Source: Alphaproteobacteria bacterium | GTDB lineage: Bacteria; Pseudomonadota; Alphaproteobacteria; MPNO01; UBA830 | Length of the DNA: 64,000 nucleotides | NCBI GenBank assembly: GCA_965243135.1 | Contig: OZ251539.1 | Location: 1,920,001-1,984,000, forward strand | Direction: 5' to 3' | Shown here: piece by piece, positions 42,579-53,409 of the stretch | Position numbering within the stretch: position 1 is the first letter of the stretch | How the letters are laid out: every line of letters begins with the position of its first letter | Made by a program: the position numbers and the translations under genes | Notes under the pieces: generated by a model | Database searches by the model: none | The model's input: the letters and a program-made list of their open reading frames with translations, nothing else | What the model was told of the DNA's origin: nothing

Positions 42579-45500
42579 TCAGAAGCGCAACGCGAAGCTG
42601 ACGCCGCCATCGAACTCGCCGTTGCCGCTGCCGCGCGCCGCGTATCCGGCGGCGGCCCGCAGCGCGTAGCGCCCGTCCTCCCAGCTGCGCGAGCCGCCGA
42701 TCCCGAGGCGGGCCCCGGTCTTCCGCGCCTCGGTCGTCTTCAGCGTCGCGTCCGCGATCCTCGTCGCCCGCTCGTCCGAGAACTCGTGCGTCGCCTCCAC
42801 CGAGCCGGACAGCCGCAGGCCGTCCTCCATCCGCGCTTCGACCCGCGCGCCGACGCGGCCCATGAGGCTCCGCGCGTCGTCCAGCGACACCCGCTTCCGC
42901 GCGTCTCCGTTGATCGTTTCCGCGAAGTCGAGCGACACGTCCGACCACGCCAGGCCGACGGCGGGCGTCACCGCAAGCCCGTCGCCCACCTCCGTCCGCC
43001 GCCCGACCTCGAGGCCCATGGCGAAGCCCCGGCCGTCCGCGCTGTCCGTCAGCACTCTCCCGGAGGTCAGCTTGACGTCGTACCAGGTCGCCATCGCCTG
43101 CGCGTCCACGTGGAAGCCGTCGCCGAGGAACGCCGTGCCGTGCACGCCCGCGCCGACCCCCGACAGCTCCATCTCGCCGCCGGTCCCCGACATCTCCGCC
43201 GACCCCTGCAGCCCGCGCACCGACACGCCGAACCGCCCGTCGCCGTCCATCGCGAGGTCCATCCCCGCCTGCACGCCGTACCGGCGGTAGTCGAAGGCCG
43301 CGTCGGTCTTCGCCTTCCACTCGCCGGACGCGCCGTCGATCCGCGCCCAGCCGCCGTTGCCGTCCCGCGCCGCCGCCATGCGCTCCCCGTAGGTCGGCAG
43401 CCCGTTCATCGCAAGCAGCGCCGACGGCAGCGCCTCGTAGAGGCGGCAGCGCTCCATCCCGCAATCGGAATCGAAGGAAAGGGGCGGGCCGTCGCCGCGG
43501 ACAGGCATCACGTTCTCTTCTTTGGGAGGCGTCGCGCATTCGCCGCTCTCGTCAAGCTCCCGCCCTCGGCCGCAGGGTTCCAGGCTAGCGTACGACTCAT
43601 GCCGTTCGGGTTCCGCCACGCCGCTGGTTTCGTTGAGAGGCGCGGGCAGATAGTAACCGGTCTCGCGACCGCTGTCCCGATCCGTCTCGGCGACCCGGAC
43701 GGCGACTCCTTGCGCGCCGCCACGTTCGCTGACGACGTCGCCCCCGACGGCGCCCAGCCTCTCCGCCGCGTCGTCGGTGCCCTCCCGCGTGAGGCGGCCT
43801 TCGCCGTCGGCGAAGTCGGGATCCTGGCGCACGGTCACCACGGTCTCGCCGTTGGCTCTGAGCGAACGCGTCGCGCCGTTGGCCGCTATCCGGCCCTTCG
43901 GACCGACGGTGACGCTGCCGCCGCCGTCCAGATCGACCGCCGCCTCCGCGCCTTCACTGCCCGTCACCGTGCCGTCGATGCGGATCACCGACCGCCCGGG
44001 ATCGTTGACCAGAATCGCGGGCTGTCCGGCACCGGCGAACACCATGCCCGTCGCGCCGACCGTCAGCGTGCCGCCGCCCACGAGGTGCACGGCCGCGTCC
44101 GCGCCGCCCGTCACCATGCCGTTCACGGTGACGCTCTGCTTCAGGATTTCGTCGTCGCCCGTTCCCATGGCGCCGGCGTTGGCGACCCAGATGCCGGCCC
44201 TGTCGCCCTCAACGGTCGCGCCCGCGGCCACGGTGACGTCGATGGCGCCGTTGTTGACGTGATGCGTCGCGTAGTAGGCGCGAATGCCGTCGCCGCGCGA
44301 ATCGATGCTCCCCCCGGTCATGTTGACCCGGATGTCGCCGACGTTGTAGCGGTCGAGCAGAGCCCTCACCGCCGTCTTGTAATCGTCGGAAAAGCCCGCA
44401 TCCGCGTCATCGAGCGCGGTGGTAAGACCGGCGCGGTCGTCCATCGCCAGCGCCTTCAGCACCCTCTTCTCCTTGTCCGAGAGGCCCAATCTCATGACGT
44501 TGCGCAGCAGGGTTCTGGCTTCGTCGGTGCCCGCGCTCAGATACGCCGCGATCTCCTCCGCGCTGTACTCGTTGTCGTCGTTGTCGTCGATGTCGTCGAT
44601 GGCCGCGGCGAGCTCGCTCCTCTCTCCGACCGCGACGTCGTCGTTCTCGAGGACCGCCTTGAACTGCGCCACGACGGCGTCCGACCGCGCCTTGAGGGCC
44701 GCGTCGGTCGAACCGGTATCGAACGCCATGGCCCGCGCCGCGTCGTCCGCGAGCTCGCCCGGGTCGTCGCCCGCCGCCACTTTCCGCGTCATCTCGCCCC
44801 AAGACATGACCTGCGCCTCGATGCCCGCCGCCGAGCCGTAGCGGATGGTCTTTTCGGTCTCCACCTCCCGATGGGTGGTGAGCGCGCTGGCGGCGTTCTC
44901 CGCCACGAACCTGCCCTCGTCGGTCGGAGCGACCATGGCTGTCGTCCCGTGCGAGAACGTTCCGCTCCAGGTGACGTCGATCAGCGGCTGGGCCGACGCC
45001 GCCCGCGGCGTCACCGTCTCGGCGGTGGTCCCGTGCGCCACCCGAACGTAGACGCCCGTGCGGCCCATGATCGTCCCGCCCTGGTCGATATCGACCTGGT
45101 TGGCGGGCGCGTCGCCGAGGGGCGCGAAAAGCCCCGCGGCGTGCTTCGAGATCAGCGTCGCGCCCGCGGCGATGGCGACGGTGACGTCGCCCGTGCCCCG
45201 GTTCCACGCATGGATGGCGGGCTTGCTCTGGCCCATGGACTGGACCGTTCCGCCCTCCGCATTGACCGTCACGGTGCTGGCGTCGCCAGCCTTGTTCGCG
45301 GCGAAGATGCCGGGCTGGGTCATGCTCAGCACGGTCCCGCCGGTGTTGGCGACCGTGACGGCGCCCGAGCCCGACCTGTCGACGCGGATGGGGTGCTCCG
45401 CCGTGACGTCGCCGCCATTGGAGATCGTGACCTCGCCCGTGTGGTTGGCGTTGTCCCTCACCAAGATGCCGTTGTTTTCCGCGGTGATCGAGCCGCCGGT

Positions 45501-47480
45501 GGTCGTGATGGAGATGTCGCCCGAGTTCCCCGCGTGCGACGCCAAGATGCCGTAGTCTTCTCGAAAGTCTGTCACGGTGATCGAGCCGCCGGTGGTCGTG
45601 ATGGAGATGCTGCCCGAGTTCCCCGCGTGCGACGCCCAGATGCCGCGTCTGTTAGCGAAGATCGAGCTGTCGGTGGTCGTGATGGAAATGTCGCCCCCAT
45701 CCCCCGACTTGTCGACTCGGATGCCGCGCTCGTGCCGCTGGCCGGCCGGCCCGAACAACCCGCCCGCCTCGCCGATGTCGCCGCTGCTGGAGACCGTGAC
45801 GTTCCCGGTTCCGCTGTCGTCGACCAGGATGCCGTCTTGGTTGGCTGGGTTGTTGTTCCTCTTGATGTCGCCGCTGTTGACGATCGAGATGGCCCCGGTG
45901 CCGGTGGCCGCCTGGCGCCGGACCCAGATGCCAATCGCTGGGCCGGTGAGATCCGCCGCGTTGGTGATGGTGACGCCGCCCATCATGTTCGCCGACGGAA
46001 TGTTGGCGAAGATGACGTGCTGGGCCGTGGAGGTCAGCGTGACGCCTTCGGAGACTTCGAATATGACGTCGCCGGCCTGGGAGTGCGACGCCTCCAGGAC
46101 CGTGTCGCGCGACTGGACCGATCCGCCCGTGACCATGATCCTGATGTCGCCCTCGTTTCTGTCGGCGACGTCGTCGGCGTCGGCGATGTTCGCTTTGATG
46201 CCGCCGGCGGTGGAGACCACGATGTCGCCGGCCGAATGGGTGATGGAGATGCCGACGGCGCTCCCGGCGATGTTCTTGTTCCTCACGTTGACGTTGATGC
46301 CGAGGCCGGTCGACGTGATGTCGCCGCTGTTGTCCACCGTGACCACCTTGGTCGCGGGGTCGACGAGGGTTCCATGTTCGAACAGGTAGATGCCGAACGA
46401 GCTGGCCGCGGTGGCGGTGAGGGCGCCGCTGTTGGTGATCGAGGTGGTGCCCCCTCTGCCTCCGTAATTGAGATAGATCGCGTGGCCCGCCGACGCGACG
46501 GCGGCGGTATTGGTGATCGTGGCGTCGCCCGTGGCGGTGCCGGCGCGATTATTGTAGTTGAGATAGATGCCGTACCCGCCGGTGGCGCCCGAGCCGTAGG
46601 TGATGGCGCCTCTGTTGGTGATCGTGGCGTCGCCATGCCCGCGATCGTAGTCCAGCTCGATGGCGCCCTGGTTCCCCGTTCCGGCGTTCTTCGTGAGGAC
46701 GCCGCTGTTGGTGATCGCGGCGTCGCCGGTGGTGGTCGACGCGGTGTTGCCGCCGCTGCCGGTCGTGTCGCCGGCGAAGTAACGCAACTGGATGACCCGC
46801 GTTCCCGCCGTGATGGCGCCGGTGTTGGTGATGGTCGTGGCGGCAGTGGTGTCGGCGCTGTCTCCCCTGTTGACGTAGATGCCCGCGCTCACCGAATGGA
46901 TCGCGCCATGGTTGGTGAACGTGGCCGCGCCGGTGCCGAGCCATACGTTGGCGCGGATGCCGTGGCTGCGCATCGGGGCGCTCGACGTCCCGATGGTCAC
47001 GCCGGCGTTGACGGTCAGCGTCGTCGTGGACGCGCCCGTGCGCTGCTGGTTGACGTAGATGCCGTTGCCGGCGTCGCCGGTGTCCGTGTTGGTCGCGTGC
47101 CGAGCGATGGCCACCTGGTTGGCGGTGGCGCCGGCGCCGCCGACCGTGAGCGCGAGGCCGCCGGCGGCGGCGCCGTCGCTGTCCAGGGTGATGGCGTTCT
47201 TCCTTTCGTTGCCGGAGCCGGCCGCGGCGGTGACCGCCCACGGCGTCGAGCCGCCCGGCACGACGACCGTGGCGACGTTGTTCGCGCCGGGCGCCGCATT
47301 GACGTACAGGATGCCGCTGCCGAAGGTGCCGCTGCCGCCGCCGTGGGTCGCGGTGCAGGTGGCGGTCTGCGCCGTGCTGGAGATCGTCCCGCATTCGTTG
47401 TCCGCCCGCGCCGCCTCCGGCGCGAGGAGAAGAAGAAAAGGTACCGCCGCGCAGGCGGCGCGCTTGACGAAGCGTTTCAT
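42579..47480 (-). CDS. Autotransporter adhesin 2, 1633 aa
   Basis: Paralogue of the previous gene with the same architecture. Confidence 0.88.
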   Translation of the reverse strand: MKRFVKRAACAAVPFLLLLAPEAARADNECGTISSTAQTATCTATHGGGSGTFGSGILYVNAAPGANNVATVVVPGGSTPWAVTAAAGSGNERKNAITLDSDGAAAGGLALTVGGAGATANQVAIARHATNTDTGDAGNGIYVNQQRTGASTTTLTVNAGVTIGTSSAPMRSHGIRANVWLGTGAATFTNHGAIHSVSAGIYVNRGDSADTTAATTITNTGAITAGTRVIQLRYFAGDTTGSGGNTASTTTGDAAITNSGVLTKNAGTGNQGAIELDYDRGHGDATITNRGAITYGSGATGGYGIYLNYNNRAGTATGDATITNTAAVASAGHAIYLNYGGRGGTTSITNSGALTATAASSFGIYLFEHGTLVDPATKVVTVDNSGDITSTGLGINVNVRNKNIAGSAVGISITHSAGDIVVSTAGGIKANIADADDVADRNEGDIRIMVTGGSVQSRDTVLEASHSQAGDVIFEVSEGVTLTSTAQHVIFANIPSANMMGGVTITNAADLTGPAIGIWVRRQAATGTGAISIVNSGDIKRNNNPANQDGILVDDSGTGNVTVSSSGDIGEAGGLFGPAGQRHERGIRVDKSGDGGDISITTTDSSIFANRRGIWASHAGNSGSISITTTGGSITVTDFREDYGILASHAGNSGDISITTTGGSITAENNGILVRDNANHTGEVTISNGGDVTAEHPIRVDRSGSGAVTVANTGGTVLSMTQPGIFAANKAGDASTVTVNAEGGTVQSMGQSKPAIHAWNRGTGDVTVAIAAGATLISKHAAGLFAPLGDAPANQVDIDQGGTIMGRTGVYVRVAHGTTAETVTPRAASAQPLIDVTWSGTFSHGTTAMVAPTDEGRFVAENAASALTTHREVETEKTIRYGSAAGIEAQVMSWGEMTRKVAAGDDPGELADDAARAMAFDTGSTDAALKARSDAVVAQFKAVLENDDVAVGERSELAAAIDDIDDNDDNEYSAEEIAAYLSAGTDEARTLLRNVMRLGLSDKEKRVLKALAMDDRAGLTTALDDADAGFSDDYKTAVRALLDRYNVGDIRVNMTGGSIDSRGDGIRAYYATHHVNNGAIDVTVAAGATVEGDRAGIWVANAGAMGTGDDEILKQSVTVNGMVTGGADAAVHLVGGGTLTVGATGMVFAGAGQPAILVNDPGRSVIRIDGTVTGSEGAEAAVDLDGGGSVTVGPKGRIAANGATRSLRANGETVVTVRQDPDFADGEGRLTREGTDDAAERLGAVGGDVVSERGGAQGVAVRVAETDRDSGRETGYYLPAPLNETSGVAEPERHESYASLEPCGRGRELDESGECATPPKEENVMPVRGDGPPLSFDSDCGMERCRLYEALPSALLAMNGLPTYGERMAAARDGNGGWARIDGASGEWKAKTDAAFDYRRYGVQAGMDLAMDGDGRFGVSVRGLQGSAEMSGTGGEMELSGVGAGVHGTAFLGDGFHVDAQAMATWYDVKLTSGRVLTDSADGRGFAMGLEVGRRTEVGDGLAVTPAVGLAWSDVSLDFAETINGDARKRVSLDDARSLMGRVGARVEARMEDGLRLSGSVEATHEFSDERATRIADATLKTTEARKTGARLGIGGSRSWEDGRYALRAAAGYAARGSGNGEFDGGVSFALRF

Positions 47481-49126
47481 GGCAAAAACTCCCTGATTCG
47501 CCCCCATCCGCAAGCGCGAAACGCAGGGAAGGCAAGGCAATTAGGCACGTCGACGGGCCGCAACATACACGCGCTCCCATGCCCGCGCAAGCCCCAATTT
47601 CCAGCGCGCTTCCCGGCGGCGCCCCGGCCGCCTCGAACGAACCCGCCCGGGCGCTCCGCGCCGCCTCCCGGCGAGCGCCGAAAACCGGCGCCCGTCCTCC
47701 CGGCTGCGCGCGCCCCCGAATTTCGGTCCCCGGCTTTCCGCGCCTCGGCCGTCTCCAACGTCGCGTCCGTGCCCCTCGCCATCCGCTCGTCCGAAAAGTC
47801 GCGCGCAGGCGCGGCCACATGAGGCTCGGCGCGCCGCCCGCCGAAACCCGCTCCCGCGCCTGTCCGTTGATCGTTTCCGCGAAGTCGAGCGACGCCTCCG
47901 ACCGCGCCAGGCCGATGGCGGGTGTCGCCGCAAGCCCGCCGCCCGCCTCCGTCCGGCCTCGAGGCCCATGGCGAAGCCCCGGCCGTCCGCGCCGTCCGTC
48001 AAAGCCTCGTTCCGGCCGGAGGTCAGCTTGACGTCGTACCGGGTCGCCTGCGCGTCCATTATGGAAGTTGTCGCCGAGGAACGCCATCCCGTGCACGCCC
48101 GCGTCGACCCCCGACAGCTCCATCTCGCTGCCGGAACCCGACATCTCCGCCGAACCCTGCAGCCCGCGCGACGACACGCCGAACCGCCCGTCGCCGTTCG
48201 TCGCGAGATCCGTCCCCGCCCGTGCGCCATACTGGCGGTTTGCGCGTAGTGACGGCCAACCCCTACCGCTCCGTCCCCGCCCGCACGCCGTACCGGCGGT
48301 AGTCGAAGGCCGCGTCCGGTCTTCGCTTTCCGCCCGCCGCGCCCGGCCGCCGTTGCCGTCCCGCGCCACCGACATGCCCTCCCCGCAGGTCGGCAGCCCG
48401 TTCATCGTCGACAACGCCGACGGCAGCGCCTCGCAGAGGCGGCGGCGCTCCGTCCCCGCTTCGCAATCCTCGGAATCGAAGGAAAGGCCCGGGCCGTCGC
48501 CGCTGTGAGGCGTCGCGTCGTCGCCGCCATTCTCGCGCGGCGTCGCCGTTCTTGAGCGCCCGCCCCTCGCGGCAGGCTTCCAGGCTTGCATACGGGGCAT
48601 TCTGTCCGGGGTTCGCCGCGCCGGCGCCGGAAGGCGCGGGCGCGGACGGAAAACAGCCGATCTCGCGACCGCTGTCCCGTCTCGGAGACCCGGACGACGA
48701 CTCCTTGCGCGCCAAGTCCGCTGACGACGGCACCCCCGACGGCACCCAAGCTCTCCGCCGCGTCCGTCCCGCCCGTCGCTGTGCCGTTCACCGCCACGGC
48801 CTGCTGTCGTAGGCGGTCCCGCCCCGCTCCAGGGCTGCGTTCGCCGCGTAGACGCCGGCGCCGGTCGCGGGCGTCCCCGCGGCCTGACGGCCCCGTTGTT
48901 GGCGTCGCGTAGCAGGGCCGTCGTCGCGGGAGGAGCCTCCGGTCACGGCGATGTTGCCCGGGTTGTAGCGGTTCGGCAGCGCCCGCGCCGCTGTCTTGCA
49001 GTCGTCGGAGAACGCCGCGTCCGCGTCGTCCAGTGCGGCGTCGAGGCCGGCGTCGTCGCCCGTCGCCAGCGCCTTCAAAACCGCCTCCTCCGCCTCGGAG
49101 AAGGTGCTCGTCGGAATTTGCGGCAG

Positions 49127-50763
49127 CAGAAATTCCCGCTAACTCGTAGTGGTCCTGCTAAATCAGATGCAAAGGACTCTCTCGACAGGAGGCACGACCG
49201 TCAGGACAGACGTCTAACGTTCGGCTTTATGGCCGAGCTTTCGTTGGTTATGTTTCCCCCTGAAGAACCTGCTACACACTTCGAAAATTTATTATGTCAG
49301 GAAGTATCGTAAGGTTCCAAAATCGGTTTCTTATATCCGAACGCTATCGCACGATAAAGCGTTTCCCAGCTTGGTAGTGAAAAGTTGAAGAACATAGCCC
49401 TCAACTTCTCCCACAAGTAGATGGAACGCTCGGCTTTCTTCCGTGCTCTTTGAAACAGATTGCAACATCTCTGCTGAATCTGATCGATCAGGAAAGCCAG
49501 CATCATCAAGTTAGCAAAGACATTCGACAGATGCTTGTAACCATGACCGAAGTTGTGTTCGAAGTTGTAACCTTGGTTCTTCAGGGTGTTGAAGGTCTCG
49601 TTTTCGATACGCCAACGCGCACGTCCGGCGCGCATTATCTCCATCAGGTTGTGATCTCCTACTGGCAGATCCGTAACCCAAGAGAAGCGTTGCTTTCTGC
49701 CGTCGGGATGCTTTTCCCAGTATTCAACAAAGTTGACTTCAAGGTCGAAATTCGCATCGTTGAGTGGTGCCTTGTTAAGATATCTGAATTCGTGCATTAT
49801 ACCTTCTTTATCGGAGAATTCAGCACGTTTCACAGATCGTGACCTGTCCACTAAATCAAACAAAAATTTATGATCTCCCGGCTTCGCGCCCAGTATGAAG
49901 CGAAGGTTCAACTCCTTGAGATGCTTGACATGCGGGCCGTTCGAGGCAAGTCCGTCTTCTACCACTATCAATTTCAAAAACGGATGCTCCCGCCGCACAT
50001 CGCGCAACAGTCGTGTCGCTGCGTTGCGTTCGCAATCGTTTTTCTTCTTTCCATCTTTCTTGGTAATCGGCTCCGGTGCAAGAGGGAAAACTTCCTTTTG
50101 GCGCACGAGAACTGCCCCCAGCATCTGGTGGTAGTACGTGATTGTTCCGTTCCTGTGATGCTTTTCACAGCAGCTTTTACAGTGCACCTTGTGAGATGAA
50201 AAATATCCCGTTCCGTCAACGGATAAAAGATAATGCCCGCCTAGACAGGTGTAACCTTCCAGACCCTTTCCACGCTGAAGCAACTGGAACATCTTCGTGA
50301 AAGCGGGACGTAAACTACGGGGGTCCACGTCGTCCAGACGCTCGCGCAACCTGCTGTCGGAAGGCGCTCTCTCTATCCCGTACAACGTCGCAAGATTATT
50401 GCGAACCGTTTCATCAAAACGTGCGTCGCGATCAAACTTTAAAAGAGATTTGTACTTCAAACCAAATACCGCAATCCCCGACATCAGGCAGTCCGAAAGA
50501 GCGACGCCTCGACTCGCCGTCAGATCCTCAATGCCGTCAAAAACCTCCCGGAGCGCCTTCAGCAATCCCGGAGCGCTGAGCGTCTTGCGCATGCCTGGCA
50601 TTCTGGCCATTTTGGTACAATCCCGCCTCGCCTTCGGACCACTTTCCAGAGAAAGATGCTCCGCTCGAAGGCAAATAGCCCCGAATCACCTCGAAAAGTC
50701 TACGAAAAATTTTTTTCGGACTCCATATTTTCCACGGGTTTCGAGCCTTAGCGGGAATTGCTG
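49127..50763 (-). mobile_element. IS element (ISNCY/IS4-like), 1637 bp
   Basis: TIRs CAG(A/C)AATTCCCGCTAA; 9-bp TSD TTGCGGCAG (49118-49126, 50764-50772); visibly lower GC. Confidence 0.9.
49297..50610 (-). CDS. DDE transposase
   Basis: LSVDGTG, IVVEDGL and GRARWRIENETFNTLKNQGY motifs. Confidence 0.9.
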   Translation of the reverse strand: MARMPGMRKTLSAPGLLKALREVFDGIEDLTASRGVALSDCLMSGIAVFGLKYKSLLKFDRDARFDETVRNNLATLYGIERAPSDSRLRERLDDVDPRSLRPAFTKMFQLLQRGKGLEGYTCLGGHYLLSVDGTGYFSSHKVHCKSCCEKHHRNGTITYYHQMLGAVLVRQKEVFPLAPEPITKKDGKKKNDCERNAATRLLRDVRREHPFLKLIVVEDGLASNGPHVKHLKELNLRFILGAKPGDHKFLFDLVDRSRSVKRAEFSDKEGIMHEFRYLNKAPLNDANFDLEVNFVEYWEKHPDGRKQRFSWVTDLPVGDHNLMEIMRAGRARWRIENETFNTLKNQGYNFEHNFGHGYKHLSNVFANLMMLAFLIDQIQQRCCNLFQRARKKAERSIYLWEKLRAMFFNFSLPSWETLYRAIAFGYKKPILEPYDTS

Positions 50764-50991
50764 TTGCGGCAGCACGGCTCTGCAGGCGTTGTCGAGCGCG
50801 CTGCGCCTCGTCGCGGCTCGCCTTCCGTGCCGTCGGTGTCGGCGATGACGGCGATGACGGCGATGACCGCGCTCGCGGTCCTCGTCCTCCAGCGCCGCCC
50901 TGAATCGCGCCGCGAGGGCGTCCCCCTGCGCCTTGACGCTCGCAAGAGAGCCGTCGGCGAACGTGGCTGCTGACCCAACCTCTATGTAATT

Positions 50992-51490
50992 TTTGCTGTG
51001 TAACTACCCCCGAACTGCCGGCCGCGCGAGACCGTTCCGCGGGATTTTTTCGCGGCGGCGCTCGCCGTTCGAGAGGAGCGTGACGCTGAGGACTACCCCG
51101 TATAGCCCTGTTGTGAGCAGTCACGATAATCGGCAGTTTCAGGTGCAAAATAATCGAGGGCGTCTGATCCACGCCTGGAAGGATGGCGTTTCCGTTTCCT
51201 CTCACGCCTGAGGGAAATCGGGCCAGAAAATACTGTTTTCTTTCAGCATGGTTCTGCAGCACCATGGTTTGGCCCTGAAGGCAACCAGTGAACTCGCAGG
51301 ATGGCCGCTGCCAGAACCTATCGTATTTTGATCGAATTCTCCAAATGTTTCCATCGATTATCATGTCCGTGCACACCCTGTCTTCGCGCCGCGACGCCCG
51401 AACGCGGAACGGTTATGTCGGCGAGCGGCGCGAGGGCGGGAGAACCACCCTCGAAGTTACATGCTACGGGGCGAGCAGGCCATGAGCGTT
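50992..51490 (+). repeat. ~235-bp non-coding repeat split by a MITE; intact copy 53172-53410, partial copy ~11660-11730
   Basis: Shared TTTGCTGTGTAACTACCCCCGA ... CGGAACGGTTATGTCGGCGAGCG ... CATGAGCGTTT. Confidence 0.8.
51112..51375. mobile_element. 264-bp MITE with TGT...ACA ends
   Basis: 6-bp TSD CCCTGT; imperfect TIR TGTG...GATAATCG; empty site in the paralogous repeat near 53291. Confidence 0.85.
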
Positions 51491-51944
51491 TAACCGGGCA
51501 GCACTGCGCCCCGACGTCTTCGTCCGCGTTACGCGCCCGGTAGATGCTCGCGAAAGAGTCGCTCCACGCGCGTGCGCGGCTCAATGAAGCGGCGCGGGCG
51601 CGGTGGCCATGGTTCGACGACTTGTCCCATGGCGCGAACCGGGAGCCGCCGCCGCGCGATTGGAGAACTATTCGCAATTTTCGTCGATTATCTGAGAGAA
51701 CGATCTGCGCGGGCCGCGCTCCAGTCTTCGTAAGCGTTCGGTCGTGGGGTGGCGACATTGAAGCCCTGCCTTCAGGCAGGGGCTTCAGCCAGACCTCCTT
51801 GATCGGGAGAACGCGTTCGTTTCGGGTACTGCCGCGGTCTGCGCCGCCCCTCTGGTTGGCGGCCCGGTAGCAGGTTCCTCGCGAAATCTCGAAGAGTAAG
51901 CGTTCGGGCCGAGAAGCGGGCTGTCGAGCCTGGCGAATCGCCTA

Positions 51945-53153
51945 GTGCATTGTCGTAATAAAAAGATAGACATAGTCCACTATATTTTCTATTGAGTGTC
52001 TTGATACAGGCTACAGAAAGGCACTCCCATGTACAAGAAGTACATCGTCCGGCTGACGGCTGAGGAACGCGACACTTGCCACGAGACCATCCGCAGGCTG
52101 AAGGGGAGCAGCGAGAGGGTCCGCCGCGCCCAGATTCTGCTGAAGGCGGACGCCGACGGGCCGGCGTGGACGGACCGGAAGATCGCGGAGGCGTTTTCGT
52201 GCCGGACGAAGACGGTCGAGAATGTCCGCCAGAATTTCGTCGAGGGGGGTTTCGAGCGAGCCCTGGAACGGAAGCGGCGGGAGACGCCGCCGGTGCCGAA
52301 GATCCTCGACGGCGAGGCGGAGGCCAGGGTTATCGCTCTGTACCAGGGGCAGCCTCCGAAGGGGTACGCCAACTGGTCGTTGCGGTTGCTGGCAGGTGGT
52401 GGAACTGGGGATCGTGGACGCGATCAGCCACGAAACGGTGAGGCGGACGCTAAAAAAAACGGCTTCACCTGCAAGAGGAAAGTCCGGTACTGGGTAGCCC
52501 GACGCCGACGCGGAGTTCGTCGCGCGCCAAGTGCTTGAAATTTATGGAAAACCTTACGACCCCGAGCGTCCGGTGGTCTGCATGGACGAGCAACCCGTGC
52601 AGCTCATCAAGGAAACGCGCGTGCCGATTCCCGCCACCAAGGATCATCCGCGACGCGTCGACTACGAGTACGAACGGGCGGGCACCGCGTCGATCTTCAT
52701 GTTCTGCGAGGCCCTGTCCTCATGGCGCCGGGCGACGGCCCGCAAGCGCCGGACGAAAGTAGACTGGGCCGAGGAAGTTGCCGACCTTCTGGAGGGCCGT
52801 TACGCAGACTGCGAGAAGATCACCTGCGACAACCTCAACACCCACACGCAGGGGGCTTTCTACGAGGCGTTCGAACCCGCGCGGGCGCGGGAACTGGTCA
52901 AGCGAATCGAGTTCTGCTACACGCCGAAGCACGGGAGCTGGCTGAACATCGCGGAGAACGAACTCAGCTCCATGACCCGGCAGTGCCTGCGCCACCGTCG
53001 GCTCGGCGACATCGAAACCCTCCAGGCCGAAATCTCGGCGTGGGCCGTCGACGTCAACGAGCGGCAGCGGGGCGTGGACTGGCAAATGAAAGTCGACGAT
53101 GCCCGTTGCAAGTTGAAGTCGGTTTATCCTAAGATTGTATTGTGATGAAGCAC
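51945..53153 (+). mobile_element. IS630-family element with damaged transposase (ORFs 52029.. and ..53145)
   Basis: TA duplication in CTAG context, GTGC..AATA TIRs, HTH ORF, A8 slippery run at 52452-52459, motifs CMDE, CDNLNTH, TPKHGSWLNIAE; extra frameshift near 52395. Confidence 0.9.
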
Positions 53154-53409
53154 TAGGCTTGGACACTCTTCTTTGCTGTGTAACTACCCCCGAGCTGCCG
53201 GCCGCACAAAACCGTTCCGCGAATCGAAGGTTTTTCGCGGCGGCGCTCGCCGTTCGAGAGGAGCGTGACGCTGAGGGCTGCCCCGTATAGCCCTGTCTTC
53301 GCGTCGCGACGCCCGAACGCGGAACGGTTATGTCGGCGAGCGGCGCGAGGCCGGGAGAACCACCCCCAAGTTACATGCTACGGGGCGAGCGGGCTCCGAT
53401 CATGAGCGT

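Larger units (their letters stand above)
47670..50960 (-). pseudogene. Third autotransporter, eroded and split by an IS
   Basis: Fragments RLCEALPSAL, GLQGSAEMSG and ALDDADAAFSDD; sequence resumes after 50763. Confidence 0.8.

Noticed and set aside
36596-47822. 2001-aa and 1787-aa plus-strand ORFs
   Set aside because: Antisense shadows of GC-rich genes; R/G/A-rich with no recognisable motifs.
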